Shown piece by piece: positions 11,900 through 25,222 of a DNA stretch of 64,000 bases. Source of the DNA: Paecilomyces variotii (taxonomy: Eukaryota); the NCBI GenBank assembly GCA_004022145.1, contig RCNU01000004.1. One strand, 5' to 3'. The translations under genes and the position numbers were made by a program. Below the pieces are notes generated by a model, which worked only from the letters and a program-made list of their open reading frames with translations, was not told the origin of the DNA and did not search any database. Position 1 is the first letter of the stretch. Each line of letters starts with the position of its first letter.

Positions 11900-14800
11900 A
11901 TCATGTATCGCCGCTTTTATACCTTTCAGAAATACATATATCCTCCAAATTATGAAATTTTACTTTCAGCTCTATCTGTTGTGCGCACTGCTATCGTGTG
12001 CACATAAAAACAAGGAGTTATTATAATTTCAACCGAAGTTTGAGATGATAAATGCAGCTGTCAACCAAAGTCCCTCTCTTTGACTCTAACTATATACCTA
12101 GCTGAAAAGTAGTGAACCAAACATATTCTAGGCGACATGAAGCCGGAAATCAAATTCGCCCAGTCGAGGCACACATCATGTAGAAGTTCGATTTCTTTGC
12201 TAATCTGATTAAAATACTTTTTGAGACAAACTTGTTGCGTTTTCAAGGTAGATTCATGGAATATATAGAAGCCGATCCTCTACTCGTCTTCTTGATGACC
12301 CTAAAGTATACTTTCGTGGAGCTGGCACAGTCTTCACTGCTTCGAGAAGTTCATGATCGCCTCCTCTCCTGAAACGAACCAATGCCTCATTGGCATAGTT
12401 AGTGTATATACTGTCACCCAGACAACTTGGCGAATTTGTCTGCGTAGGAAGACACCTGTCAATTATACGTCTCTCTACTCCATACCGCATGGAGATGCGA
12501 TAATCATAATTCTTTGTAATAACATACATTTTTAAGAGTAATGGGGTTGAACGGATTTTAATAATCAAAACTGTGTGCCCTTTCCACACCACAAACCAGA
12601 GGGGTATGTTTAATGAATTGCAAAGACAGGACATCGCACCTTCGTCCTCTGCTCGATGAGCTAGTCTGGCCAGCAGACCCGCCTGTCATCGTCTTGAGGC
12701 ATCTTGAAGGTTATCTATATACCGCTTTAGCAACTGAAAAGCCTAGTGGAAGGGGAATCAGATACGTATCGAAGAGGATACCAGAGGGTCTGGTAATACT
12801 GCATGATCATAACTACATGCACACAGATTGAGATAAAGTTCTAGATTAGCCTTCGAACCGGAGTGTGAGTTTCTGATGTAAGTTAATGCTGCAGATATTT
12901 ATTAGGATAGACAATGTTCTGGTGAATTGCGCTTTCTTTCGCAGACGTTGAGAGTACAGTTCACGTAACCCCCCGCTTCTGATCGACACATTCATCTGGT
13001 TGGTAGAGTCTACAGGCACATTTTGAAATCATAATAGAACCTGTCGATGAATGTTAGGTTATTTGGAGTAATAGAAATTGTTACTTATACCAGAGTACTT
13101 TTATAAATTCTAAGTTCATGGATTTTTTAAAGATTACCTATATTCATGATCTGAGGAAGACGACTTCTGCGTATAGCCAGAACTTCCCCCGTATTCTGAC
13201 TATTTCCACAGTCGTACCGTGACCTTACTGATGAAGATACCTTGGGAGTGTTATTAATCCATCATGAATGGTGCGCGACCTGAGAAATCAATACCTTTCT
13301 CATTGGCTAGCCGGATATGGATTTTATAGCGGGACAAGTCATCATAACGAGGCTAAATCCAAGGGACAAACCGACTGAAGGAGCCTATTGAGGATGAATT
13401 ATTCAATCAGGTATGAGTGGACTAGCCAATGGAGCAACTTACTAAAGCTGTTGTTGGTTCCTATGGCGCTGATATTCGTCTAGGGGTCAACATTAGACTT
13501 ATCGGATTTATCAGTCTTGACAGAATGAGAATTTCAGATATTGTAAATCTAGTAAATTCAACAGAGAATGTATAGCAAACAGATATATGGATCTGATGGA
13601 TCCAGCGGAGTTGACGAAACTGATAGAACAGGTAGCGTAGAATAGGTAGGCAGGTTTAGCAAAGATTACAGATTGAGCAGTATAGACAGCTTAGTGAGAC
13701 CAAAAAATTCAATCATTCTAGTAAAACTAGCGGATCTGACAAAGATATAGAGTAAAAAGAAACAATTAAACGATTAAGAGGACCAAATAGTCTATGATAT
13801 TTACTTCAGTTACCGTAAACAGAAGGCGGTAAAAGCATTTGACAATGCAACCAATAAGAGTTTGATGCCGTCCATTAGCGCATTTAGGAATACTCGGCTT
13901 ATATAAGGCCCATAAATCCAGCGCAGAATTTTTCCCGGCACGTTCATTATTATTATTATCATCACTATCTGGAGATGGTGCCAGCATTGAGGATGTGCAT
14001 GGAAATATCTCCGCCACTTATCCATTTCAAATCGCCAAGAATAGGCTATAATGATAGCTCACCATTGGCCTTCTAATTTACTCTTAACTACTTGATTCGA
14101 CTCTTGCGTTAGATGTTGACAACGCTCCCTGTTCGCTGACGGGTGGACAACCCATATTATTATTGAGCCATTCTATTCGGACAAGATACATGTTTCAAAC
14201 CCTAGGACAAGCCCCATTATCTATACACCTTTGCACTTTTCCCCAGCACGCACGAAAAAACAAAGCCCTATACAGACCCGACACATAAACTTGCCTGGTT
14301 CGACTTCTTCACAGACTATGATGACTCCTCTTTCTTAATTGCGCGAGGCATATGCAATGTCAATGCTATGCCGGAGAGTGCTAAAGATCAAGCTCAACAG
14401 TCTGAGTCTGGATATCATATTTGGAAGCGAATGCAGATGAAGTGACTGGTGAATTCTGTATAAATGTGTAGTGATATACCAATGAACGCTTTATTCTCTC
14501 TGCCACATCTAGATATCTCTACTTCCTTGATAGATATCCACAATGTATTGGTAGTCCTCTGTCTATTCTTCTGGAGTACACGAGAATTGCTACCTGACTC
14601 GTATCACGGGCTGTATCATTGTGAACCCTATCTGTTTCTGTGCATGCAGCATCTTCTGTCACTATGTCACGCAATATATTGGTTGACTTACAAACGGTGA
14701 TATCGAATCCCTCGAATAAGGCACCGTCTGGTCTGTTTGTCATAGATATTCTTAGGCATTTTTGGCCGCGTATGGCCGCATCGCACTCTTCTTTGTCATG

Positions 14801-17200
14801 TTTGACCACCGTAGTGTGGAGCGAGTAGTGCTATTACTATCGTATTGTGGCTGAAGACGTGTGAGAAATTTTTGGGTATGTAAAGAGACAACAAAGATGC
14901 TGATGATATTCTCGGGAGTTGGTGGTGGAAGAGAGGTTGCAATAAATAGTCAAGCGATGATCAACAAATGTGCACGCTGCTCGTATTACGCAAAGTCTCA
15001 TTAGGAATTCACTATATTATCATTCAGAAAATTGATTACGAACAAAAGTATCAGCGGTTGGATTGGGATTGGAAAATACTCACGAGTATAAATAAGTATA
15101 GATTTCCTCTTAACGGCGAGACGCGCTCTTTGAAACTGGTAATAGCAATTCATAATTGGCTTAGTATGGCTATTACAGTCTACTGAACTCGCTATGTGGG
15201 ACATTACCAGGACTTCATCTAGATAGGGTGCAGGATCTCTATTCATGTTGATCCGTTACTCTAAAGGTGTTATGAAGTGTGGTCCATAAGCCGCTTAAAG
15301 ACCCCCGGAATATAAAACTCTCAGAAAACTTGCGAATAAACTTTTATTTTTACATCCTTGCAACTCCCGTTTACCCAACCCAATGTTTACTGTGCCTTTA
15401 TCTATTATATCCGTCCGGACTATGGAGTCCCTAATACCTCTAGCGCTAGGAGCTTGATAGGATTTTCCTACCGTATTATATTCTGCACCTGTCATTCTTA
15501 GATGGCTACTTTCTAGATCTCTACTAGACTTTAGTTTATTCCCTAGCTCTCATCTCATTCCTCGGTTCCGCCCCCTATGGTGACTTTTCGAAGTTGCGCA
15601 TTAGTCCTTATCCCTCCTGATCATGTAGATTGTCACATTCCATTCAGCATCAGTGCGCTTTTCGCGGAACCTTGACTTGGGGGCATCTTTTCTTTTCGTA
15701 TATTGCCAAGGAAGTCGTGGCTGGAGCTGCCTTTCTGTATATCGACTCGACCAGCGATCTCCAGGGGGAAATACGAGTTAATCTAGCGCTCACTTAGCCA
15801 CTTGTCAGTTTACCGGCTCGGATAAGGTAATATCTAATTGACCTTTTGGGATAGGGGCGATTTGGTTACTCGGGCCTTACTTGCTCTCGGCTTCTTTCCG
15901 AAGTTAGTATGGCTGGTTTAAGGTCTCATATGTTGGCTTTCATGCACCTGTCACGGCACATGTCAGCCCATTCTCATCGTCAGCCGTACAAAGCATATCG
16001 GCCGAATCGAGACTTTATGTGGCTAAATTTCAAACGTGGGCTACAGAGGCTACAGATGAAGAAGCGGTCGATGCCCACGGTCGAGACTTTCTTAGCACAT
16101 ATATAGTGAATTATGGGACGAGGACTTATTGCCGTGCCTCTGCACCACGGCATTATTTTGCGCATAGTAGCATCTCGTTAGAACCACAATTGATGGGATT
16201 GGCCTATGTGGATCTTGACCCCAAGAGTGTGGATGCGCCACGGAAAAAACCGCAGGAAAGACATCATCTGCGGTCGTTAGCAGAGTAACGGTACTGGAGA
16301 TTCTGGTGGAGCTCCCGGATTAAGAATTTGTCTGGATTCTCGAAGTGACAGCGTGTTATAAGGAAATTCTGGGGTATACTATGTGGGGATCAAGTGGGAC
16401 AACAACAGAAGTGGACCGAGGCCACGCGGTGTCTGCAGACTCCAGAGAATAATAATAGCTGTGCTTGGAGCCAGAGGGCATCTGCATCCCTCAGGCGCCT
16501 AAATCTGTAATCGCCTATTAGATAGGGACTGTGATTGGAGATTTCTAACAATGATGCAAGAAACATTGGACTCACCACTTCACCTTCACCACTTGTGCTT
16601 TATTTCCGAGGCACAGACCATCTACGATCAGAAGAGAACCCGACAGAGCACGCATTGAGACGTATCTGCACAATCCAGGAAGCCACTCAGCTTTTACGCC
16701 GTTCTTGTATCTCCGGTAGTTACACTTGATAATGATGATAATGTGTATGCTTTGGGACAGTTTTGCAGGCGTGCTAATTTCCAAGACAAGGTGCGCAATC
16801 GGGTCGTGACGGAACCTGTATTAACCGAGTAGTACTTATTGCAGATCAACACCGAATCCCTGGCACCGGATTACAAAAATCGAGATCCAGCATTCCTCGA
16901 TTAATAGAAAGCATGTTAGTCGTTGTCTCTAGTGCGGCTGGCGGAAGCGCAGTCGGCAGCATCATACGCCAAATCAGTCCACGCCGGCTTTCTAAGGTAA
17001 CGGTCTTCCCGAACGGTCCCCATGGGCTGTGTGATTTTAGGTAGAGATTGTACTTGTAGCCATGTCGGGCTGTGATTGATGGTGCAGGTGGGGTGGCTTC
17101 CACTGGGCCATGACATCCGAATCGCTCATCGACCTCCATATGGCGCATTCCAATCGTGACTCGCGCTTGTGTACCAACAAGAATCACCGAAGCGCGAGAT
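11900..17200. pseudogene. AT-rich degenerate island with stop-interrupted reading-frame relics (possibly RIP-mutated genes or repeats)
   Basis: No intact gene in ~5 kb; low-GC, TpA-rich stretches (e.g. 13021-13140); same-frame minus-strand ORFs 15495-15295 and 15246-15001 separated only by TAA stops. Boundaries are approximate. Confidence 0.45.
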
Positions 17201-19230
17201 GTGCGATGTTTCTCGGAGCACGGAGGCGTCTGGAGAGCAGATAGAGGGCGACAATCAACCCCGCGGGTCAGAGAAGATTCGAGACGACTAGAGCCCTAGA
17301 GACTAGAGTACTGCTGCGAGGTTCCTGGCAACATCGTCATTTACTCTGGACCCTGGATCCCTGGAAGCACCCGACTAAGCAGGGGAGAGCGTTGAGATAA
17401 TCTGCGGCCACAACCCGCGGAACCAATGGTGCACGTTCACTGTTGGGCGAGGCACGATTCGACTATATCCGAATGAGACGCCAGAGAGCACTTTAAACTA
17501 ATTGATCGATAAGCGGAAACCCTCTTTTCCAGTTCTCTTGAGAGCGTTCGGATGTGGGCCCCGAACAATGGCCTGTGGGTGAGTTTTTGCAATTGCGTTC
17601 ACGTTCGTGGCCCCCGAGGACCGCGGGGAGAATCCCGCTAAAAAAAGGCCACAAAAGAAGCGGGCCAGCTGTAGTGTAGAATATAATAATAATAAATGAT
17701 CCCAGAGCAGAGAGCATCGTGAGGAGACTGCATCATTGCGCGGAGTTGTATCGCAGTTGTATCGCAGAAGTGCCCATGCTTGACACGCTTGACGTCAACA
17801 GTTCACTGAAGCGGTGGAGAGTTTCGTTCATCTAGACAGCTGGCAGTGCGGAAGAAGACGGCCGCCATCCGCGAGTTTCAGTGCCATCTTGTGAGGATCG
17901 TCTTTTGCAATTGCTGGAAATACTTATCTCGTCTCGTCTTCGAGCAATTCATCTCTCCAGGACGCCGTGGAAGTGGATACTCACGGCATCCCCAGCTTTC
18001 CCCAGACAACACAGCTTCAATTCATCATTCCCAGACGGTGAGTACACTTGCGATATACCTCGAGCCTCAATTCCTTGGGTTTCCGCAAAGGCACTGTTCC
18101 TGGCGCTCCCCTGAGCCTCTTAATGAGTCGCTGCTCGAAATGCCGGTCCGCCGCAGATCGTTTCCTGACAACCAGACAGACAGACATTTCGGGTGTGCTG
18201 CTAGAGTTGAATCCACGCTCAATGGGGCAATTGAACCATACCTTTAGCCGGCCGTCCTTCTAGCTGTCATTATCGCTCGTGTGCCAGTTGCTTCCCCTCG
18301 TTTCATCGTAGCTTGAAGGTGTGGTTCTTCTACGCCTTATTTACCACCCGGCGCGCTCACCGACCGCGATCCGTGCAGCTTCTCCGTCTCCGCAACATTT
18401 TCAAGATCATTGTTTTCGCTAACTCGGATCTGACGCAGCACGTCCTGTGTCGTGGCTTTCCGCCAACGACATTCCCCCCAATCTGCGATTCAAGTTTGCT
18501 TGCGGCCTTTGAAGTCACTCTTCTAAGGACCTATACAATTGGTCGAGTTCTCTTCCGCCGGACTTCCCAAGCCTACCGGAGCTGGTGACAACGATTACCC
18601 TGATACGAGGATACGACGACCGGCGCACAAGAACGAGGAACGGCCAATTGGCACGATACGGTTCCCCTCCAAGACGACTCTTCCACCTCAGCGTCCCTAC
18701 ACTTGGCACACTGCTCAATCTTCGTCCTCGTCCCAGCTAGCCTTTGCGGAGAATAACGGGCGTACTCTTTTAGGTCTCAACGCTACCATTGACCTTCGAG
18801 AAGAAAAAATACAGTTGCTTAAAGAGTCTTGGGAACTGATAACTGAGCGGGCGCAAAGGAACTGTACGCGGGATCTGGACTGACAGACATCGGCGCGGCC
18901 GCATTCAGCTCCAGAAGAAGCTGTCCCTGTGGTTTTACAGACCGGCTATAACGATCTGGAGATCCTACTCGTGTGTTTTGTTCCGCAATCCGGTGTCGAT
19001 CACTCTGAGGCTAAACCGCAGGATATCTGTTTCTTTTGGCGACGTAAGATAAAGCCGCAACATTCTAGCAAATCCTCCGTGAGGAATCGGAACTACAATT
19101 CTCGCAGGCGGTGCCGCGAGGGTTCACGGTCAGGAGGCTCGACCCCTGCTACGGACCTCTGTGCAGTGTTTCCACTTGTTTTAGAGGATTGTCCAAGCGT
19201 TAGGACACGTGGATTCGAGGTTTAACCAAG

Positions 19231-20458
19231 ATGCAGCCACGGTAAGTGCTGATCTAGCCCATGAAACCTCGTCCGTAAGGACATTCCCGGACGTCTCGTA
19301 TAGCGGAGACTAATTCATCAATTGTAACCCAGACGAGAATATCATATCGTCGTGTTAGGTGCTGGTAGGCTCTAGCCTCTTATCTGGCATTGTCGTAAGC
19401 GGCTTCACTGATGCGACCGACCTTAGGTGGAGTCGGGAAGAGCTGTCTTACCGGTAAATAGACCTTTTTTTTCTCCTTTCTCCCCCTATAGACATCTAGT
19501 CACAGCGGCCTCCGCTTATTCACCATTTTACCAATCCTCTGTTCACCCGACTTCTTCCGTCGCTAGAACCTTGGGACACTTAAGCTTACAATTTCATAGC
19601 CCAGTTTGTACAGAATGTCTGGATAGAGAGCTACGATCCTACAATCGAGGATTCGTACCGCAAACAGATCGAAGTAGACGTGAGTTCGAAGCCTCTTGCC
19701 CTTGCTTTACCGTGCAGCCGTTAATCTTCCGTAGGGCAAACAATGTATCCTGGAGATGTATGTGCTTCTGACCACGTGATGCGAAAGCAACTGCCTACTT
19801 TGTATCGAAACTGACAAGACATTCCATTTCAGCCTTGATACTGCAGGCACAGAGCAATTCAGTGAGTAGCACCGCCTTTTTTCCAAGTTATTTTGTTGGA
19901 AAACCTGCTAACATATCTCAGCTGCTATGAGGTATGAGATCTCAAAATACCTTCTTGACAGAACCTCAACTGCAATCGCGCCAGATAACGCCAAAAAGAT
20001 TACAAGCCCTGACTGATCTTTTATCCAGAGAGCTCTACATGAAGCAAGGGCAGGGATTCCTCCTTGTCTTCTCCATAACTAGCATGTCTTCCCTCAACGA
20101 GCTGTCAGAGCTCCGGGAGCAGATTATCCGCATCAAGGACGATGATCAAGTGCCTCTTGTGATAGTCGGAAACAAGTCAGACCTGGAGGAAGACCGCGCT
20201 GTATCACGCGCCAAAGCATTTGCTCTCTCCCAGAGCTGGGGCAATGCTCCCTACTACGAGACATCCGCTCGTCGCAGGGCCAACGTGAACGAAGTCTTTG
20301 TAGACCTCTGTCGACAGATCATCAGAAAAGATCTACAAGCCACCCAATTGAGACAGAATGAAAACCCCTTGCGCAAGCGCGAAGGGCCCAACCGTCATGA
20401 TCGCAAGCGAGAGAGAAAGCGAGACTCCAAACGTAAGGGGCCCTGTGTGATTTTATGA
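19231..20458 (+). CDS. rsr1: Ras-family Rap1/Rsr1 (Bud1) small GTPase; exons 19231-19241, 19333-19364, 19427-19453, 19600-19679, 19735-19757, 19833-19861, 19922-19931, 20029-20458
   Basis: Spliced: [23 protein letters not shown] (P-loop), YDPTIEDSY (effector), DTAGTEQF (Rap-type Thr61), GNKSD, ETSA, and C-terminal CAAX CVIL after a polybasic tract. Confidence 0.93.
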
Positions 20459-21117
20459 GATGGATTGAGAGCGACGCATGAAGGGAAAACAATAGGAAAA
20501 GAAAAAAGTGAATTAAAGAAGTCAAAAAAAGTGATTTTTTTGTGCTTCTAGCTTTTTGTTTTTGTTTTTATTTTTTTCTACTTTTTTTTTTCCTTTTTTC
20601 ATATTCCCCACTAAGCATATAACTGCCATATTTATTCTACTTGCTTTTCTATCTTGATTCCGTTTCATGTTTATGATTATCCTTTCCTCAGAATCGCTTG
20701 TTGACAACCGCGCCTACTAAATGGCCATTACATGGGCTATTCCTAACGGAAGATTCTACTGATCCACCACGCCTCTTCTTTCTCCACTCCATCCTGTCCA
20801 TGATTTAATTTCTGACGATTTGAGATGTGGTTAACGTCTTAGAGATTTTGTCTGTTTTGAGCCTCTTCACATCTGTCGAGCATCAGAAAAGCTATTTCAT
20901 TTTCGTTTTGGTTTAAGTACAATAATAGATCTTTATCTTTTATAGTCCATTGGAGCGTTTCATAGTCATATCGTCCGCGAAAAGATAGATTTGATGGCAT
21001 GTTTGAAATCTATGCTTTCTTTATGGATTGCTAGGCACGACGCGTGTTCTGCTACGCAAAGATGCACCGGACAGATATCCTTGACAAATAACCGCACCGT
21101 CGCTTGAAAAGGAATTT

Positions 21118-22931
21118 TTACATCCTGAAGACACCGAACTTTGTCTGAACGTCGGCGTCCACATTTCCTCCTAGAGCTGCCGCTAAGCTAAGACCCAGGA
21201 CTCGTCGGGTCTGGGACGGAGGGATGACGCCATCATCCCATAGACGAGCAGAGGAGAAGGTCGCTTCGGACTCCAGATCGATACGAGCTTTCAGAGCGGG
21301 GTCTGCAGTACGGCCAACTGCTTCCATGACGGCAGATAGTTGCTCAGAGCCCATAACGCCGATTTTGGCGTTGGGCCACATGAAGAGAAGACGGGGCGAG
21401 TAAGCCCGACCGCTACGGACAGCGTTAGCTTGAGGATAATTAATACTGAAGAGTAAAGAGGAACGGATATATTGTGAACTCACCACATTCCGTAATTGCC
21501 AGCACCGGCACTGGAACCGAACACGACAGTAAATTTAGGAACATCGGCACAGGCGACAGCGGTGACTAGCTTGGCGCCATTTTTGGCAATACCGCCTCTT
21601 TCTGCATCAGCACCGACCATGAACCCCGAGATATTCTGCAAGAAAATCAGTGGGATGTTTCGTTGGGCGCAGAGCTCAATAAAGTGAGCTCCTTTGAGTG
21701 AGGACTCGGAGAACAGGATGCCATTGTTGGCAACAATGCCAACCTGGGTTCCATAGATTCGGGCGAATCCAGTGACCAGGGTGCTGCCATAGTCACGTTT
21801 GAATTCGGCGAATTCACTGCCATCGACGATTCGTGCGATAACCTCATGCGCAGGTATCTGACGGCGGAGGTTTGTGCCCACAATTCCCGATAGTTCCTCT
21901 GGATCGTAGAGAGGTTCCTTAATGGCCTGCGTAGTCGACTGTAGAGGGAAAGAGGCCTTGGGATAGTTCAGGTTTGATATGCACCTGCGCGCAAGAACGA
22001 GGGCGTGTGCGTCATCAACCGCCAGATAATCCGTGACACCGGACACCGTGCTATGTAGATGTCCACCGCCTAGGTCTTCTGCGGACACCACTTCTCCCGT
22101 CGCTGCCTTGACAAGTGGAGGGCCCGCAAGGAAGATAGTGCCCTGGTTCTCGACGATGATTGTCTCGTCGCTCATAGCAGGGACATATGCGCCTCCAGCG
22201 GTGCAAGGTCCCATCACGACCGATATCTGGGGTATCCCCTGTGAGCTCATCCTTGCCTGGTTGAAGAATATCCGGCCAAAATGGTCTTTATCTGGAAAGA
22301 CATCGGCTTGGTGAGGAAGGTTGGCACCGCCAGAATCCACGAGATAGATGCAAGGTAGTTTGTTTTCCTGTGCAATTGCCTGGGCACGGAGATGCTTCTT
22401 CACGGTGATCGGATAGTACGTGCCTCCTTTGACGGTACTATCATTGGCGACAATCATGCATGTGACACCCTCAACAGTGCCTATCCCAGTAATGATTCCT
22501 CCAGACGGTACCTCTTCTCCGTACATGTCATATCCCGCCAACGGGGAGAGTTCCAAAAGAGATGTCCCAGGGTCGATAAGCGCCGACACTCGATCTCGAG
22601 GCAGCATCTTTCCTCGTGCCAGATGTTTCTCCTTCGATTTCTGTGGTCCTCCTTGTGCAATCTTCTCGTGCAGCTTCGACATTTTCTCCAACAACTCGTT
22701 CATTTGTGCCGCGTTCTCCTGAAAATCAGCGGAGGATGTATCCACCGCCGTGGGGAGGACCGATATCGCGGAAGCATGGTGTCGGTGCGTATAGCTGGCA
22801 ATTGTCCGTGGACGTGTCGTGAATCCTCCTAACAGCAGCCGTCGTCGAGGTTGTAGTTGGCGACCGGGTAGTGTTTTCGAGGGCAAATTGCGGAGAAGGA
22901 CTAGGGACGGGCCTCGGATTGTGGGGGCCAT
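21118..22931 (-). CDS. mccB: 3-methylcrotonyl-CoA carboxylase beta (carboxyltransferase) subunit, mitochondrial; exons 22931-21484 and 21412-21118
   Basis: [49 protein letters not shown] (across the intron), [16 protein letters not shown] end; Arg-rich presequence from the ATG at 22931. Confidence 0.96.
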
Positions 22932-23306
22932 GGTGGAGAACGTCGCAAGGATAAAAGGAAAAAGGAAATAGAGAGATGTCAGACAGTTTTTCAGATTATT
23001 ATTCTTCAGATATCTCCTTTGCAAAGAGGGGAGTAAGAGTAGTGCAATGGGAGGTACGCAGCAGGAAGAGAGGACGAGGTGCGGTAAGGTACCTAGGTAT
23101 GTAGTAGTAGTACGCCAGAGCGTGGAGAGAGGATGATTGTCCGGGGGCGGGGAAAATGCGGAGAGCGAGGATTGCCGCGTCCAACCGTCGCATGTGAGCC
23201 GGGGCTTACCCGTCGATTACTATCGGCTTTACTTCTGCTCGTGTCTAGCACATATACCCCGTTCTCTTTTGCTGAATTGTGCATCTTTTCAGATCAAATA
23301 GACAAC
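22932..23306. promoter_or_regulatory. Compact bidirectional promoter shared by mccB and ivdA
   Basis: 375 bp between the divergent start codons of two consecutive leucine-catabolism enzymes. Confidence 0.7.
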
Positions 23307-24902
23307 ATGGCCGCTCTTAGAGTTCCGCAATTGCTCCTGCGTTCCTCCAGGACGCTCAATCAGGTACAGCGACCGCTTGTGCAGACCCCTGCATGGCGCA
23401 TGTTGTCAACAAAACATCCGAAGGGCTTCCAACTACCGACGGAAGACGATTTGGTCGAATTGAGGGAAAGAGTGCAGGAATTCACGAGTAAGTCTTGCTC
23501 TACGGGAAAGGCTCCATTTGATGGGTTTAGCCATATACATCTCAATACTATATTTCACGTGCTTGATATTCTAATGCTTGCTTCATCAAGGACGTGAAAT
23601 TCCCGAAGAAGTTGCTGCACGGACGGATCAGCAAAATGAATTCCCCATGGAAATGTGGCAGAAGTTGGGAGACGCTGGGTGAGTAACTAGCATACCCCCG
23701 GTATTATTCTGGATTACAGCTAAGCCAGAATCCTCCTTATATCTCAGGTTCCTTGGGGTTACAGCAGACGAAGAATATGGCGGATTGGCCATGGGATACC
23801 AGGCGCATTGTATAGTCCTCGAAGAGATCAGCAGAGCTTCAGGTACTGAAGACCTATACCAGAACTTGATAGCATTATTATCCTAATCGTCTAAATAGGA
23901 AGCATTGGTCTCTCCTACGCCGCTCACTCGCAGCTTTGCGTCAATCAGCTTTCATTGAATGGATCGCCAGAGCAGAAAGCCAGGTTTCTCCCTGGTCTGA
24001 TATCTGGCCAGAAGGTCGGTGCGCTAGCCATGTCTGAACATTCTGCCGGTTCGGATGTCGTGAGCATGAAGACGACGGCGAAAGCTGTCGACGGTGGCTG
24101 GCTGCTCAACGGGACAAAGATGTGGATCACGAACGTTAGTCGACTGCTCTCTCAAAGATCTTCTACGATTCATCCTATCCATAAAACCTGACATTTTGGC
24201 AATATATAGGGACCCGATGCGGACTTCATTGTCGTGTATGCGAAAACGGAACCCGAGAAAGGATCGAAGGGCATCACGGCCTTCGTGGTCGAAAAGACCT
24301 TCAAGGGTTTCTCCTGCGCTCGAAAACTCGATAAGCTAGGAATGCGTGGCTCGAATACGGGCGAGCTTATCTTCGAGGATGTCTTTGTCCCCAAAGAGAA
24401 CATCCTTGGAGAGGTAAACAAGGGCGTCAAGGTCCTTATGGAAGGCTTGGACCTCGAGAGACTTGTTCTGAGTGCTGGTCCTTTGGGAATCATGCAAGCT
24501 GCACTCGACCTCGTTCTTCCCTACACCCACACCCGAAAGCAGTTCGGGACTCCCGTTGCATACAATCAACTCATCCAAGGCAAACTTGCAGATATGCATA
24601 CCAAACTCGCGGCTTCCCGTGCGTATACCTATTCCACAGCTCGTGGCATCGATGCTTCTGCTGTCTCAGGCCACGGGACCGTTGTTCCCACGAAAGATTG
24701 CGCCGGTGCTATCCTCTACGCTGCGGAACGAGCCACTGAGTGTGCCTTGGATGGTATCCAGCTGATGGGAGGAACCGGGTATATTAATGAGATCCCGGCT
24801 GGTAGATTGCTTCGCGATGCGAAGTTGTATGAGATTGGTGCCGGCACGAGCGAGATTCGACGAATGGTAATTGGAAGGGCATTTCACAAGGAATATTCAT
24901 GA
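23307..24902 (+). CDS. ivdA: Isovaleryl-CoA dehydrogenase, mitochondrial (5 exons; introns approx. 23488-23590, 23679-23747, 23843-23898, 24134-24209)
   Basis: [92 protein letters not shown]; mitochondrial-type presequence. Confidence 0.96.
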
Positions 24903-25222
24903 ATAGGAGGGCAACGCCAACATGTTTGTCTTATCCACAAGAGATCTTATGATCCCTTCTCAGAGGGTAAAAGCAGTAAATGATCTTATGAGAGTGCTGA
25001 AGAAAGCCAAAACGCAGATCCTAAAACCGCCTGATCTAGTTGTTCGAGTTTATCACACACCTTATGTATTCTGAAGTTACTATGGAACTTTCCTCATATC
25101 ATGTGCATGTCTGCTAGAGAAAAAGCTAGCAGTGGGGCCTGAATCTATAAGCAATGAATTATAACTGTACAGAATCGAGAATAAATGTGTTGTTTATCAT
25201 CAATCATGCTGCTCGGCATGAC

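Noticed and set aside
22932-23306. N-terminal extensions of mccB (to 23024) and ivdA (from 23133) in the ORF track
   Set aside because: They lie in the shared promoter; the downstream ATGs have better context and begin typical mitochondrial presequences.
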